DNA of 64,000 nucleotides from an uncultured Gammaproteobacteria bacterium (GCA_964633995.1 CAZWKN010000005.1:920-64919), one strand, 5' to 3'; numbered from the stretch's first letter, positions 30,965 through 41,592 are shown. Notes: generated by a model not told the origin, from the sequence alone. Translations and numbers: made by a program.

Positions 30965-31438
30965 ATGTCTCACAATGTTTTTGGAAAGAAACTCAATCGT
31001 GATACCGGCCAACGCCTCGCACTTCTAAAAGGCCTAGCCGGAGCTCTTATTCGTTCAGAAGCTATTGAAACTACCCAAGCCAAAGCCATAGCCGCCCGTG
31101 GCCTGATTGAAAAACTAATTACCCAGGCCCGCCGTGGTTCATTAACCGATATCAGACAGATCGAATCAATTATTATTCACAAAGATTTGGTAGACAAACT
31201 GGTTCATGATCTGGCTCCACGTTTTGCCGGAAGACCGGGAGGTTATCTTCGATTAATTAAAGTAGGTAATAGAACCGGTGACAATGCTCCCATGGTTAGA
31301 ATGGAATTTGTTTCAGCGGCGGTTGCACCAGTTAAAGTCGAAAAGGAAGAAAAGACAGAAAAAGTAACAAAAGTTGTAAAAAAAGTTGTAAAAACTGCCG
31401 CCAAAAAGCCGGTGAAAAAAGTTGCGAAATCTAAGTAA
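30965..31438 (+). CDS. rplQ: 50S ribosomal protein L17
   Basis: KLNRD, IETTQAKA, RPGGYLR, RTGDNAPM; K/V-rich tail. Confidence 0.98.
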   Translation: MSHNVFGKKLNRDTGQRLALLKGLAGALIRSEAIETTQAKAIAARGLIEKLITQARRGSLTDIRQIESIIIHKDLVDKLVHDLAPRFAGRPGGYLRLIKVGNRTGDNAPMVRMEFVSAAVAPVKVEKEEKTEKVTKVVKKVVKTAAKKPVKKVAKSK

Positions 31439-31449
31439 CCTCAATCCAT

Positions 31450-31875
31450 ATGAAAAAAACGTTCGTTCCCAAACCAGCTGATATTGCCAGAAAATGGCAC
31501 ATATTTGATGCCAAAGACCAGGTTTTAGGTAGACTTGCCACCAAAATCGCCGTCATTCTCATGGGCAAACACCGCCCTGATTTTGCCAGACATGTTGACG
31601 GAGGAGACCATGTGGTCGTTATCAATGCTTCAAAAGTTGCTGTCACTGGACGCAAAGAAGTTCAAAAACTTTATCATCGTCACTCCGGCTATCCAGGGGG
31701 CATGAAAGTTACGACCCTTGAGCAGATGCGGGCCAACAAACCAGAACAAGTTATAATTCATGCTATTGCCGGCATGCTTCCTGACAACAAGCTTCAGGAT
31801 CGTGTTCTAAAACATCTCCATGTTTACCCGGACGAAACTCACCCATACGAAAAACAATTTAAATCTCAATCATGA
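31450..31875 (+). CDS. rplM: 50S ribosomal protein L13
   Basis: WHIFDAK..LGRLA, GDHVVVINA, HSGYPGG, GMLP. Confidence 0.99.
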   Translation: MKKTFVPKPADIARKWHIFDAKDQVLGRLATKIAVILMGKHRPDFARHVDGGDHVVVINASKVAVTGRKEVQKLYHRHSGYPGGMKVTTLEQMRANKPEQVIIHAIAGMLPDNKLQDRVLKHLHVYPDETHPYEKQFKSQS

Positions 31876-32276
31876 CTGATTCAAAAATAAAAATTATTTC
31901 CAATGGAGTTGGTCGTAGAAAAGAAGCTATAGCTTCAGTCCGGCTTATCTCTGGCAATGGTGAGGTTACTGTCAATGGAAAAAACGCTTTGGACTATTTC
32001 CCAGGTGAAATTGCTAAACGCAGACTAAACGAACCCTTTACCTCACTCGCAGTTAGTAAATACTCAGCCATTGCCAAAGCTCATGGCGGAGGCAAATTTG
32101 GCCAGCTAGACGCCGTCGTCTTAGCAATTTCCCGAGCTTTAGTAGCTCACAAATCAGACTACAAACCAGCTCTTCGTAAAGCAGGCCTAATGACCAGAGA
32201 CGCCAGGGTTCGCCAAAGGCGTCAAGTTGGTACCGGCGGCAAAGCCCGAAGACGCAAACAATCCCCCAAGCGCTAA
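31872..32276 (+). CDS. rpsI: 30S ribosomal protein S9
   Basis: GRRKEAIA, GGGKFGQ, TRDAR, KARRRKQSPKR. Confidence 0.98.
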   Translation: MTDSKIKIISNGVGRRKEAIASVRLISGNGEVTVNGKNALDYFPGEIAKRRLNEPFTSLAVSKYSAIAKAHGGGKFGQLDAVVLAISRALVAHKSDYKPALRKAGLMTRDARVRQRRQVGTGGKARRRKQSPKR

Positions 32277-32599
32277 CCTCTCCTTAGCGCCGCAAAAAAG
32301 CCTAGAGCCAGTAGTGCTATTGCAATTCCATTTGCCCAAACCGATACCCTGTTTTTCATCCAAGCATGGGCCATTGTACTTATTACAATAGCCACACCCG
32401 GAAACCCGATTACAATTACAATAATTACCAAATTTCCCCAATACGTCTGGCTGAATTTGTCAATAAACGTATCAAACAAATAATCAGTTCCCAGCCCGGC
32501 ATACAGCATTATCGACATCCAAAACAAAATTGCCGGTGCCAATAGGACCACATTTATAATCGCCAACGCCTTCGTCGAAATTTTTTTACTTTCCCCCAC
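32273..32599 (-). CDS. Hypothetical 3-TM membrane protein
   Basis: 108 aa, three hydrophobic helices; TAAATT 6 nt before GTG start. Confidence 0.65.
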   Translation of the reverse strand: MGESKKISTKALAIINVVLLAPAILFWMSIMLYAGLGTDYLFDTFIDKFSQTYWGNLVIIVIVIGFPGVAIVISTMAHAWMKNRVSVWANGIAIALLALGFFAALRRG

Positions 32600-32662
32600 A
32601 CTCCCAATTTATCATTACTCGACCTTCTCTGCTACCATTCCTATCCTATCAAACTCACTTTG

Positions 32663-32733
32663 TCGGGGCGGGCAGAATTGAACTGCCTCCACACGCACCC
32701 CATGCGCGCATTCTACCGTCAAACTCCGCCCCG
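32663..32733 (-). tRNA. tRNA-Pro (anticodon GGG), CCA not encoded
   Basis: Minus strand: acceptor CGGGGCG/CGCCCCG+A73, anticodon arm CGCGC-ATGGGGT-GCGTG, T arm GGCAG-TTCAATT-CTGCC; TGaTAAAAT upstream. Confidence 0.9.
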
Positions 32734-32792
32734 TACGTAAGTTATTTTATCATGGAGCTCCGCTGGCAATACGATCATGCTAAAATAACCTT

Positions 32793-33572
32793 ATGCTGGC
32801 CACATTTAGGGAAACAGTCAAAAGCCTCCAGGACAAAAAATACGGCCCCACTATCATTTCAAAACCCATGGGCCAGGTACTTTGGTACTGGTCCAAATAC
32901 CTTCTCTTGCTTGTTGGGATTGGTTTTGTTATAGGAGCTAGTCTGATCGTCTATTCCACTCCCCAGGTTCCCAAACTTCTCAAATCCAATCTTCCCGACG
33001 CCACCATAAGTATCAAAGACGGCAAATTTTTATCGACACTAAAAGAACCTTATATCGTTGGTTCAACTGAGTTTTCTCTCGTTGTGGACTCGCAAGGTTC
33101 CGCCAAGGATTTAGATAAATATACATCCGGAATTCTTGTTTTGTCGGACGCATTATTAATAAAAAACCCGGACGGCAAAGTCGAATCCAGAAAACTGTCT
33201 GACTTTGGCGATTTCAGTACCAGTAGAGCGGAGTTAGTTTCGTGGACCTCAACTCACAATCTCAAGTTAGCAGGTATTGGAGTAGGCCTTCTTTTGGCAC
33301 TTCTTACGGTCTATTCATTATTTTATTGGTCTTCCAAACTCATCGGATTTTTTATAACAGGCCTAATCTTTTGGCTTATTGCTAAAGTTATCAAACGCCA
33401 ACTGGACTTCCAAAATTCAGTCAAAATTGTTATCTACGCCTCGGTACTTCCTCTTTTGCTAGGAGCTGTTTTGGCCATGGCCCCAAACCAAATACTATCT
33501 TACGTTAATCTGGCTATTTTTCTTTACTTTGGCCTTACTTGGGTTTGGAATTTATCCACTTCTAAATCATGA
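32793..33572 (+). CDS. DUF1189-like membrane protein
   Basis: TM, soluble domain, then 3-4 TMs; KIVIYASVLP pattern. Confidence 0.6.
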   Translation: MLATFRETVKSLQDKKYGPTIISKPMGQVLWYWSKYLLLLVGIGFVIGASLIVYSTPQVPKLLKSNLPDATISIKDGKFLSTLKEPYIVGSTEFSLVVDSQGSAKDLDKYTSGILVLSDALLIKNPDGKVESRKLSDFGDFSTSRAELVSWTSTHNLKLAGIGVGLLLALLTVYSLFYWSSKLIGFFITGLIFWLIAKVIKRQLDFQNSVKIVIYASVLPLLLGAVLAMAPNQILSYVNLAIFLYFGLTWVWNLSTSKS

Positions 33573-34288
33573 TTTCTCCACTAAATCTCCTCAAACAATC
33601 CATCCGTCTTTTTTTCTCCAATTTTACTTATCTTTTAAAATTTTATTTTGTTAGTGTAGGTGTTTCTCTGCTTGCTTTCTCCCCACTGGCCATTCTTCTT
33701 ATCGTCTTGGGAGTTGCTTATGGTGGACACGCTGAGGTGCTCAACAAAACTCTGCTTATAGCATTGGGGGCGTTGGGTTCAATTCTGGGGGTATTGGCCA
33801 TGATCATATTAAATGTAGCCAGCTTTGTTCAGTACAAATCGATTGTTAGCAACGAACGTCTATCGATTAAAGACCTTTTCCTTCAGGCTAAAAAACTTCT
33901 ATCACCATTCTTTTCCACCGGCCTACTTTCAGGTTTGGCCATCCTGGGTGGCACGTTATTTTTTATCATCCCTGGCATAATCTTCTCCTTCTGGTTTTAT
34001 TTTTCCACCATGGTCGTACTCTTCGAAAACATTTCTGGAGTACCTGCGTTATCGCGAAGCAAACAAATAGTTCGTGGTCGTTTTCTCAAGCTTGTTTGGT
34101 ACTCAATTTTCCCCGGTTTGATTCTTGCCTTGTTATCGCTCGTCATTGGTATGTTCTCAGCCATATCCAAACCCCTTGGTACATCCGCCGATTTACTATT
34201 TTCACTAATTACCATGCCCTTCGGAGTAATCAGCACGATTTATTCTTTCTTGGTATATCAACAATTTTCTTCTTCAGCGCAAAACTAG
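33569..34288 (+). CDS. Integral membrane protein
   Basis: FIIPGIIFSFW...AL.RSK..VRGR, a common membrane-protein pattern. Confidence 0.7.
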   Translation: MISPLNLLKQSIRLFFSNFTYLLKFYFVSVGVSLLAFSPLAILLIVLGVAYGGHAEVLNKTLLIALGALGSILGVLAMIILNVASFVQYKSIVSNERLSIKDLFLQAKKLLSPFFSTGLLSGLAILGGTLFFIIPGIIFSFWFYFSTMVVLFENISGVPALSRSKQIVRGRFLKLVWYSIFPGLILALLSLVIGMFSAISKPLGTSADLLFSLITMPFGVISTIYSFLVYQQFSSSAQN

Positions 34289-34329
34289 CCCTTGCAAATT
34301 TTTTATAGGATTGTATATTTGGGTTAACT

Positions 34330-35370
34330 ATGGCAAACGATCAAAAGAACCAGGCGATAAAAACCGCCATGGAACAAATCGAAAAACAATTTGGTAAAGG
34401 CTCGATCATGAAGTTGGGTGAAAAGTCAGAAAAGTTTCAGGTCGATGTTATCTCTAGTGGCTCAATCGCTCTTGACGTAGCTCTCGGCATTGGCGGCTTC
34501 CCCAGAGGGCGTATAACCGAAATCTACGGCCCAGAAGCTTCAGGTAAGACGACAATCGCTCTGCACTGTATCGCCGAAGCCCAAAAAGCCGGGGGAACCG
34601 CTGCTTTCATCGACGCCGAGCACGCCCTAGATCCCAGTCGGGCAGATGCCATCGGTGTAGACCTGGACAACTTATATATTTCCCAACCAGACACTGGTGA
34701 ACAAGCGTTGGAAATAGTAGAGACCTTAATTCGCTCAGGAGCTATCGACGTTATTGTTATCGATTCCGTAGCAGCCCTCGTTCCCCGCGCCGAAATCGAA
34801 GGCGAAATGGGGGATTCTGTCATGGGTGTTCAAGCTCGTCTAATGTCTCAGGCGTTGCGAAAAATTACCGGGGCCATTTCCAAATCCAAAAGCGTCGTCA
34901 TCTTTACCAACCAACTACGCATGAAAATTGGCGTTATGTTTGGTAACCCCGAGACCACCCCCGGAGGCATGGCTCTCAAATTTTATAGTTCAATAAGGAT
35001 CGACACCCGAAAAATTGAAACCCTCAAAGACGGGGATGTAGTGATCGGTTCTCGTCATCGGGCCAGGGTAGTCAAAAACAAAACCGCCCCTCCATTCCGT
35101 GTAGCCGAATTTGATATTTTAAACAACGGTGGTATTAGTAAAAGTGGCGGTCTTTTGGATGTGGGTCTTGAATTGGGCATCTTTACCAAAAAAGGTTCGT
35201 TCATATATTTTCAAGAAGCTATTATCGGTCAAGGTAAAGAAGCCGCCAGAGCTTATTTGGACGAGAATCACAAAATAGCCAAGCAAGTCGAAGAAGCAAT
35301 TTGGAAGACAGTCAAAGACAACAAAAAACCTCTTCCCAAACAGGTCGGCACCGAAATGCCCGAGGAATAA
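34330..35370 (+). CDS. recA: Recombinase RecA
   Basis: [40 protein letters not shown]. Confidence 0.99.
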   Translation: MANDQKNQAIKTAMEQIEKQFGKGSIMKLGEKSEKFQVDVISSGSIALDVALGIGGFPRGRITEIYGPEASGKTTIALHCIAEAQKAGGTAAFIDAEHALDPSRADAIGVDLDNLYISQPDTGEQALEIVETLIRSGAIDVIVIDSVAALVPRAEIEGEMGDSVMGVQARLMSQALRKITGAISKSKSVVIFTNQLRMKIGVMFGNPETTPGGMALKFYSSIRIDTRKIETLKDGDVVIGSRHRARVVKNKTAPPFRVAEFDILNNGGISKSGGLLDVGLELGIFTKKGSFIYFQEAIIGQGKEAARAYLDENHKIAKQVEEAIWKTVKDNKKPLPKQVGTEMPEE

Positions 35371-35376
35371 TCACCC

Positions 35377-35829
35377 ATGAACGATGTCCAAAGACTCCAG
35401 GATTTAGGACTCAAGTTTCTCAGTTTTCGCCCCCGTAGCAAAAAAGAACTAGAAACGTATTTATCAAAGAAAACTTCAGATCAGGATTTGGTAGCTCAAA
35501 TTATAAAAAAATTCGAAGATCAAAAATTGATCAACGATCAGGAATTTGCCACTTGGTTAATCGAATCCAGATCTCGCTCCAGTCCCCGCGGAAGTAGGCT
35601 GCTAAAACAAGAGCTAAAACAAAAAGGCATCGACTTAGAAACAATCAACGACTATCGTATGACCACAAATGACGAAATCGTCTTGGCAAAAAAAGCCATG
35701 GAAAAAAAACTAAATTTATGGAAAAAACTTTCAAAAAGGGAAGTTGAGATTAAGGCAAAGCGATTTCTAATGACCAGGGGCTTTTCCTGGGAGACGATTG
35801 AGAAAGTCGTCAAATCAGAGTATAATTAG
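35377..35829 (+). CDS. recX: Regulatory protein RecX
   Basis: LSFRPRS..EL, INDQEFA, LKQELKQKGI, FLMTRGFS; directly after recA. Confidence 0.93.
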   Translation: MNDVQRLQDLGLKFLSFRPRSKKELETYLSKKTSDQDLVAQIIKKFEDQKLINDQEFATWLIESRSRSSPRGSRLLKQELKQKGIDLETINDYRMTTNDEIVLAKKAMEKKLNLWKKLSKREVEIKAKRFLMTRGFSWETIEKVVKSEYN

Positions 35830-35855
35830 ATCATGTTAACTAAACATCTACTTTT

Positions 35856-37034
35856 ATGGCCACTGATCCCCGGGAAGAGTATTTAACAAAGCTAGAAAAA
35901 CTATCTGGGTTGTCGCGTGAAGAAGCCAAAAAACTTTTATTGGCAGAAGCCGAAAAATTATTTGCTTCGGATCTGGCCAAGCAAATCGAACAAACCAGGG
36001 CCGATTACACCAGCCGGGCCAACGAGTTAGCCCAAGATATTATTGTCGAAGCCATGCTTCATGGCGCGACTGAATACACAGCTGAATATACCGTTTCGTT
36101 GGTTACCCTTCCAAACGAAGGCGTAAAAGGCAGTATTATCGGCAAGGGTGGTAACAATATTGCCGCTTTTGAACGCGCCACAGGAGTCGAAATAGAAATA
36201 GAAGAGGGAAATGCTATCAGATTGTCATCCTTTGATTCACTGCGACGCGAAGTGGCCAGAAGATCGTTAGAGTTTCTCATCAAAGATGGTCGTATTACCC
36301 CATCCCGCATAGAAGAAGTTGTTATCCAGACCAGAAACCAGTTGGATCTTACCCTCATGGACGAAGGCCGGAAAATTTGTGCCGCTTGTGGTGTTTACAA
36401 TTTGGATCCAGAACTTATCAAGATTATCGGCCGCTACCGTTTCAGATTTTCCTACGGTCAAAACTTGGGTATTCATACTATTGAGGAAACCAAAATCGGT
36501 GTCCAAATTGCCCACGAGATTGGCCTCTCCGAATCTCAGATTCAAAATGTCAGGTTGGGCTGTCTTTTGCACGATATTGGTAAAGTAGTAACAGATGAAG
36601 AAGGTACCCATGTCCAACTTGGTGTCCAACTACTCAAAAAATTCAATTTCGCGGACGAGGTAGTCAACGCAGTCGCCGAACATCATGAAGACAAGCCTTT
36701 CTCGTCAGTTGTCTCCCGCATCGTTTGGGTCGCGGATGCAATTTCAGGATCCAGGCCAGGTGCTAGATACGAACCTCACGAGTCCTATGTCAAAAGGCTA
36801 GAAAAAATCGAAGAGGTCGGCCATTCTTTCCCCGAAGTTGCGGAAGTTTTCGCTTTTCAAGCCGGCCGTGACGTCAGAGTTATTGTGAGACCTGAGGCAG
36901 TTTCAGATGCAGAGCTCACTATGCTTGTTTCAAAAATTCGTCAAAAACTGGAAAAAGATGCCCAATATGTGGGCCAAATAAAGATAACTGCCATCCGCGA
37001 AGTTCGCGCTACAGACATTACCAAGGCCAAATAG
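35856..37034 (+). CDS. rny: Ribonuclease Y (no N-terminal TM anchor visible)
   Basis: KH domain KGSIIGKGG, SYGQN, LLHDIGK, ADAISGSRPGAR, QAGRDVRV. Confidence 0.95.
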   Translation: MATDPREEYLTKLEKLSGLSREEAKKLLLAEAEKLFASDLAKQIEQTRADYTSRANELAQDIIVEAMLHGATEYTAEYTVSLVTLPNEGVKGSIIGKGGNNIAAFERATGVEIEIEEGNAIRLSSFDSLRREVARRSLEFLIKDGRITPSRIEEVVIQTRNQLDLTLMDEGRKICAACGVYNLDPELIKIIGRYRFRFSYGQNLGIHTIEETKIGVQIAHEIGLSESQIQNVRLGCLLHDIGKVVTDEEGTHVQLGVQLLKKFNFADEVVNAVAEHHEDKPFSSVVSRIVWVADAISGSRPGARYEPHESYVKRLEKIEEVGHSFPEVAEVFAFQAGRDVRVIVRPEAVSDAELTMLVSKIRQKLEKDAQYVGQIKITAIREVRATDITKAK

Positions 37035-37121
37035 AAACTCCCGCTTGACTTCCTCTCTCACTTATAATATTTTTGGCTAAGATATGTGGTTTTTTAAAAT
37101 AGCGAAAGGGGGTGAAGATAA

Positions 37122-37394
37122 ATGACCAAACAACAAATGTTCGAGTTGGTAGCCAGAAAAGCTCACTTGACCAAAAAAGCCGCTCGTGAATCAGTTGAGA
37201 CATTACTAGACGAGATCAAAAAATCTCTTTCCAAAGGAGACAAAGTAGTTCTCTCGGGTTTCGGCACTTTCAAAGTAGTCAGTGTCAAAGACAAACCGGT
37301 AATCATCCCCGGTACTTCTGAAAGAAAAATGGTCAAAGGCCATCGTGCCGCTCGCTTCACTCCGGGTAAGACTCTCAAAAAAGCAGTAAAGTAG
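37122..37394 (+). CDS. hup: HU family DNA-binding protein
   Basis: MTKQQ, GDKVVLSGFGTF, FTPGKTLK; SD-like AGGGGGTGA upstream. Confidence 0.95.
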   Translation: MTKQQMFELVARKAHLTKKAARESVETLLDEIKKSLSKGDKVVLSGFGTFKVVSVKDKPVIIPGTSERKMVKGHRAARFTPGKTLKKAVK

Positions 37395-37413
37395 TAGAGT
37401 CTGCATCGGAATT

Positions 37414-37438
37414 AAAACGGGGCCAAGGCCCCGTTTTT
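37414..37438 (+). terminator. Intrinsic terminator after hup
   Basis: AAAACGGGGCC-AA-GGCCCCGTTTTT. Confidence 0.85.
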
Positions 37439-37454
37439 GGTAAAATCTTTCCAT

Positions 37455-38240
37455 ATGCGCAAATATTGGAGATTTTTTACCGTCGAGTTTCAACAGTCCG
37501 TCAACTACCGACCTGAAGCCTTCGTTTGGTTTCTATTAGAATTGGCCCCCATGTTGATAATGGTCAATCTTTCTGGATATCTTCAATCAACAGGTCGGTT
37601 AAACCACCAGCAATACAGTCAGTTTATTTTATATTTTGTCGTCAATCTTTATGTTTCCAGGCTTACCGCAGTGCATTTTGAGGACAATCTTATAGATGAC
37701 ATCAAAGACGGTAAGATAAGTTCAGGGCTCCTCAAGCCCTTTTCCTTTTATTGGCATTTACTATTTAGGGAATTTTCATGGAGACTGTCCGGGCTCATGT
37801 ATCTTATTCCAACGTTTTTATTATTAATTCCGCTTATCAATACATTAATACTTCCTCATACTACTCCAGGGATAATCTTGGCGCTTATTCCAGCTCTTGT
37901 AATCGCATATTTACAACGTTATTTTCTTGGCTGGATAATCAGCCTTCCCGCCTTTTGGTTTGACCAGTCGAAGGTCTTGGTCCATTTGCGTTGGATGGCC
38001 GAGGGAATTCTTGGTGGCGCCTGGTTACCCCTCTATCTTTTCCCCGCCTGGTGGCAGTCTTTTGCCCGACTAACACCGTTTTATTATTGGTTTTATTTTC
38101 CTACCCAGTTATTTCTCGGCAATATTACAAACATAGCCGGTCAATTTCTAATAGCCATTTTATGGGTTTTTATTCTTTATTTTATTTCTTCCTGGTTTTG
38201 GAATTTCGCTGTCAAAAGTTATTCTTCGGTTGGGGGTTAA
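37455..38240 (+). CDS. ABC-2 family permease (type A, pair 1)
   Basis: DIKDGKISSGLLKP, GGAWLPL..FP, LTPF; start corrected to ATG 37455. Confidence 0.88.
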   Translation: MRKYWRFFTVEFQQSVNYRPEAFVWFLLELAPMLIMVNLSGYLQSTGRLNHQQYSQFILYFVVNLYVSRLTAVHFEDNLIDDIKDGKISSGLLKPFSFYWHLLFREFSWRLSGLMYLIPTFLLLIPLINTLILPHTTPGIILALIPALVIAYLQRYFLGWIISLPAFWFDQSKVLVHLRWMAEGILGGAWLPLYLFPAWWQSFARLTPFYYWFYFPTQLFLGNITNIAGQFLIAILWVFILYFISSWFWNFAVKSYSSVGG

Positions 38241-38243
38241 TAT

Positions 38244-39032
38244 ATGCGCAAATATTTATCACTCTTTGCAAAATTTATCAGCCTTTCTTGGATGAGTGCC
38301 ATGGAATATCGCGCCAATTTTATTTCCTGGATGCTTGTTGATCTCGGCTGGTCGTGCATGGACTTACTGTTTACTACAGTACTTATCAACTTTACTCAGG
38401 TCATGGGATCGTGGAACAGGGGCGAAATGTTGGTTGTTTTGGGCGTTTTTCGCCTATTGGTAGTACCTGTCTGGGGTTGGATGTATCAAAGTTTTAATCT
38501 TGTTCCTAGGTATATCTCAGAAGGCCGGCTTGATTTGTTTCTTACAAAACCAGCAGATAGTCAATTTTTAATTTCGTCCCAACAATTTGGATTTTCCATT
38601 ATTCCGTCATTTTTTACTGGTATCGGGTTTGTCATATATGGATTTTTTCTCCTAGGAAAATTTCCCTCGTTTCCTTCAGTAATGTTGTCTATCTGGCTGC
38701 TTGGAGTTTCTACTCTTTTGGCGTATGGAGTATATTTCTCCATGATCGCCTATAGTTTATATGTAGAAAGATTAAACAATATCCAGCACATTTTTACTTC
38801 GCTTTACGAAGCCTCTCGTTACCCTGCCATCATTTTTTCTCCTGTACTAAGATTTATATTCTTGACTATATTGCCGATTTCCGTAATTGTTACTGTTCCC
38901 GCCCAGGCGTTATTTTCGCATGTTAAATTTTTCGACCTTGTTAGTTTTCATCTCCTGGCCATAATATTTTTCTTTGTAAGTCGCTTTATTTGGAACCGGG
39001 GTTTACGTCGTTACAGTAGCGCCTCATCATGA
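38244..39032 (+). CDS. ABC-2 family permease (type B, pair 1)
   Basis: YRANF, GRLDLFLTKP, RYP, C-terminal LRRYSSASS. Confidence 0.88.
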   Translation: MRKYLSLFAKFISLSWMSAMEYRANFISWMLVDLGWSCMDLLFTTVLINFTQVMGSWNRGEMLVVLGVFRLLVVPVWGWMYQSFNLVPRYISEGRLDLFLTKPADSQFLISSQQFGFSIIPSFFTGIGFVIYGFFLLGKFPSFPSVMLSIWLLGVSTLLAYGVYFSMIAYSLYVERLNNIQHIFTSLYEASRYPAIIFSPVLRFIFLTILPISVIVTVPAQALFSHVKFFDLVSFHLLAIIFFFVSRFIWNRGLRRYSSASS

Positions 39033-39799
39033 AGAAATACTTTGTTCTGTTTAGCCAGCGCTTCTCCGAATACTCCACTTATCGCGTCAGGCTTCTGGTT
39101 ACCCTGCTGCAGGGATTCGTCACTCCATTGTTTTTACTTTTGGTTTTATCTCATGTTTCGCCCAGACCCGGTTTTACCACCTCGGGTCTAGTTAGCTACT
39201 TTTTATTAGTAGGTCTGATTTATCCACTAACCAAATCCAAAGTAAACGAATTTGTCGAGGAATATACCACGTCGGGCGACGTAAATAATTTTCTGGTCAA
39301 GCCTTTATCATTTTACAAATACATGTTAGCAAACGATCTGTCTTGGAAAATTCTCAACCTTCTAACCGTATTGCCGTTTATCATCCTTACTGGTTTTTTT
39401 ATCTTAAGAGACAATCCTGTCAATTCAAACGTGTTGGTAATTGGGACAACTGTCCTTACCACGATTATTTCGTTTTTAATTTCATTCAACTTCAGTTATC
39501 TGGTTGGCCTGTTTTCGTTTTGGTTGGACGAATTTTGGGCAATAAATAATGTTAAATTCGTAGTTGTAAATTTATTGGGTGGGGTAGTTTTGCCATACAC
39601 TTTTTTCCCTGGTTGGGCCACCCTAGTTTTAAAATATTCCCCCTTCCCGTACATGATTACTTGGCCAGTTAGGGTTATTCAGGGGCAGTTCGAGTCGCTC
39701 GAGCTATTAGTATCGTTCATCTGGCTCATCGTCTTTGCGATTTTAATCAGGTTCTTTCAAAACCAGGCCATTCAAAAATATTCGCATACTGCTAGTTAA
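39029..39799 (+). CDS. ABC-2 family permease (type A, pair 2)
   Basis: SGDVNNFLVKP, GGVVLP..FP, SPFPY. Confidence 0.88.
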   Translation: MKKYFVLFSQRFSEYSTYRVRLLVTLLQGFVTPLFLLLVLSHVSPRPGFTTSGLVSYFLLVGLIYPLTKSKVNEFVEEYTTSGDVNNFLVKPLSFYKYMLANDLSWKILNLLTVLPFIILTGFFILRDNPVNSNVLVIGTTVLTTIISFLISFNFSYLVGLFSFWLDEFWAINNVKFVVVNLLGGVVLPYTFFPGWATLVLKYSPFPYMITWPVRVIQGQFESLELLVSFIWLIVFAILIRFFQNQAIQKYSHTAS

Positions 39800-39800
39800 T

Positions 39801-40589
39801 ATGAAAAAATATCTTAAATTATTTTGGGTTGTTCAACGTTCTGGTGTTGCCAAGGAGATTTCTATGCGGGGCAATTTCTTAATAACATTATTAGGTTCGG
39901 CCTGTTTTTTCTATCTCCACGTCATTTCGTTTAATTTGCTTATTAGCAAATTTGATTTTTTAGGTTGGGAAACTGGTAACCTATGGGTTATGATGTACAC
40001 GTTTGAAATCTTTACTTACCTGGCGTTTTATTTTTTTTGGAAAGGACTTCAAAAAACACCTCAGGAAATTGGCACGGGAGCGTTTGACATCATTTTAGCC
40101 AAGCCTTTTAACACCAGGTTCGTTGCCCTTTTCAGAAATGGCTCACTTCACAATTTAATCTGTGCGTTGTTGGGCGTTTGTTATCTGGTTTATACTTTGC
40201 GTTATTACCATGTTCCAACGACATCTTTGTCAGTTGTTGTGTACGTTTTGTCCCTGGCTGTAAGTCTGTGGATTTTCCACTGCCTATCTGTTTTATTCAT
40301 TTGCCTGAACTTTAAAAATGGTTATGTTCCCGGGACGTCAACGGCGCCTTTTGAGATTCAAGAGGTTTTCAAATATCCAGCATCAGTTTTTGAACAATCG
40401 GGATTGCTTCTACGCATCTTGATTATCCCCTTCGCGCTCCTAGTTACCGTCCCCACCGCCAGTTTGATATCAAAACCCTTATCGCCTTCGCTTTTATCAA
40501 CCTATCTCCTCACCTTTGTCGTTTTGACCCTCTGGTCTGGTTGGACTTGGAAGTCTTCACTTCGTCACTACAGTAGCGCCTCCTCGTAA
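39801..40589 (+). CDS. ABC-2 family permease (type B, pair 2)
   Basis: GAFDIILAKP, KYP, C-terminal LRHYSSASS. Confidence 0.88.
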   Translation: MKKYLKLFWVVQRSGVAKEISMRGNFLITLLGSACFFYLHVISFNLLISKFDFLGWETGNLWVMMYTFEIFTYLAFYFFWKGLQKTPQEIGTGAFDIILAKPFNTRFVALFRNGSLHNLICALLGVCYLVYTLRYYHVPTTSLSVVVYVLSLAVSLWIFHCLSVLFICLNFKNGYVPGTSTAPFEIQEVFKYPASVFEQSGLLLRILIIPFALLVTVPTASLISKPLSPSLLSTYLLTFVVLTLWSGWTWKSSLRHYSSASS

Positions 40590-40608
40590 TTTGGGATAAA
40601 ATCACCAC

Positions 40609-41592
40609 ATGTCTATCATTTCTGTAAAAAATCTCAAAAAATATTACAAGGTCCACCAAAAGGAGCCTGGTCTTTCTGGTTCGTTCAAATCGTTATTTCA
40701 CAGAAAATATTACGACGTCAAAGCCGTCGACGATGTTTCTTTCCACATCGACGAAGGCGAGTTAGTCGGCTTCATAGGTCCCAACGGCGCAGGCAAGACC
40801 ACCACCCTAAAAGTTCTCTCGGGCCTTTTGTACCCCTCCTCGGGTGATGTGTCCGTTTTGGGATTCAGACCCTGGGACCGAAAACCGGCTTTTCAAAAGC
40901 AATTTAGTCTGGTCATGGGTCAAAAGAATCAACTGTGGTGGGATTTGCCGGCTATCGAGTCGTTTATTCTCAATAAAGAGATTTACGAAGTTCCCAACGC
41001 CCAGTACAAAAAAACGCTTGACGAACTTGTGGAATTATTAGAAGTCTCAGATTTTCTCAAAGTTCAGGTTCGCAAACTATCTTTAGGCCAGCGTATGAAA
41101 ATGGAACTGATAGCGGCCCTCATCCATTCTCCAAAAATATTGTTTCTGGATGAACCCACCATAGGACTTGATGTGGTCATGCAAAAAAAGATGCGCGATT
41201 TTATCAGAGACTACAATCAAAAATATAATTCCACAATCATCCTTACCTCTCATTACATGGATGATGTGAAGGAATTATGTAAACGGGTGGTGGTTATCGA
41301 TAAAGGCAAGCTTCTTTTCGACGGAGCTTTGGATGAGATAGTTAAAAAATATGCTAATCATAAACTAATCACTGTCATTTTCGACAAAGAAGTAGCCAAA
41401 ACAGATCTAAAAAAAATCGGTGAAATCAAAGAGTTCTCCTATCCCAAGGCAGTGATAATGGTCAAAAGAGACCTGGTAAACACTTCAGCCTCCAAACTCC
41501 TGCAGGATTTTCCGGTAGCAGATTTGAATATCGAGGAACCTTCCATTGAAGACATCATTCGGGAGGTCTTCACCGGCAAAGACCTTGCATGA
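40609..41592 (+). CDS. ABC transporter ATP-binding protein
   Basis: Walker A GPNGAGKTT, LSLGQRM signature, LFLDEPT, TSH. Confidence 0.97.
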   Translation: MSIISVKNLKKYYKVHQKEPGLSGSFKSLFHRKYYDVKAVDDVSFHIDEGELVGFIGPNGAGKTTTLKVLSGLLYPSSGDVSVLGFRPWDRKPAFQKQFSLVMGQKNQLWWDLPAIESFILNKEIYEVPNAQYKKTLDELVELLEVSDFLKVQVRKLSLGQRMKMELIAALIHSPKILFLDEPTIGLDVVMQKKMRDFIRDYNQKYNSTIILTSHYMDDVKELCKRVVVIDKGKLLFDGALDEIVKKYANHKLITVIFDKEVAKTDLKKIGEIKEFSYPKAVIMVKRDLVNTSASKLLQDFPVADLNIEEPSIEDIIREVFTGKDLA

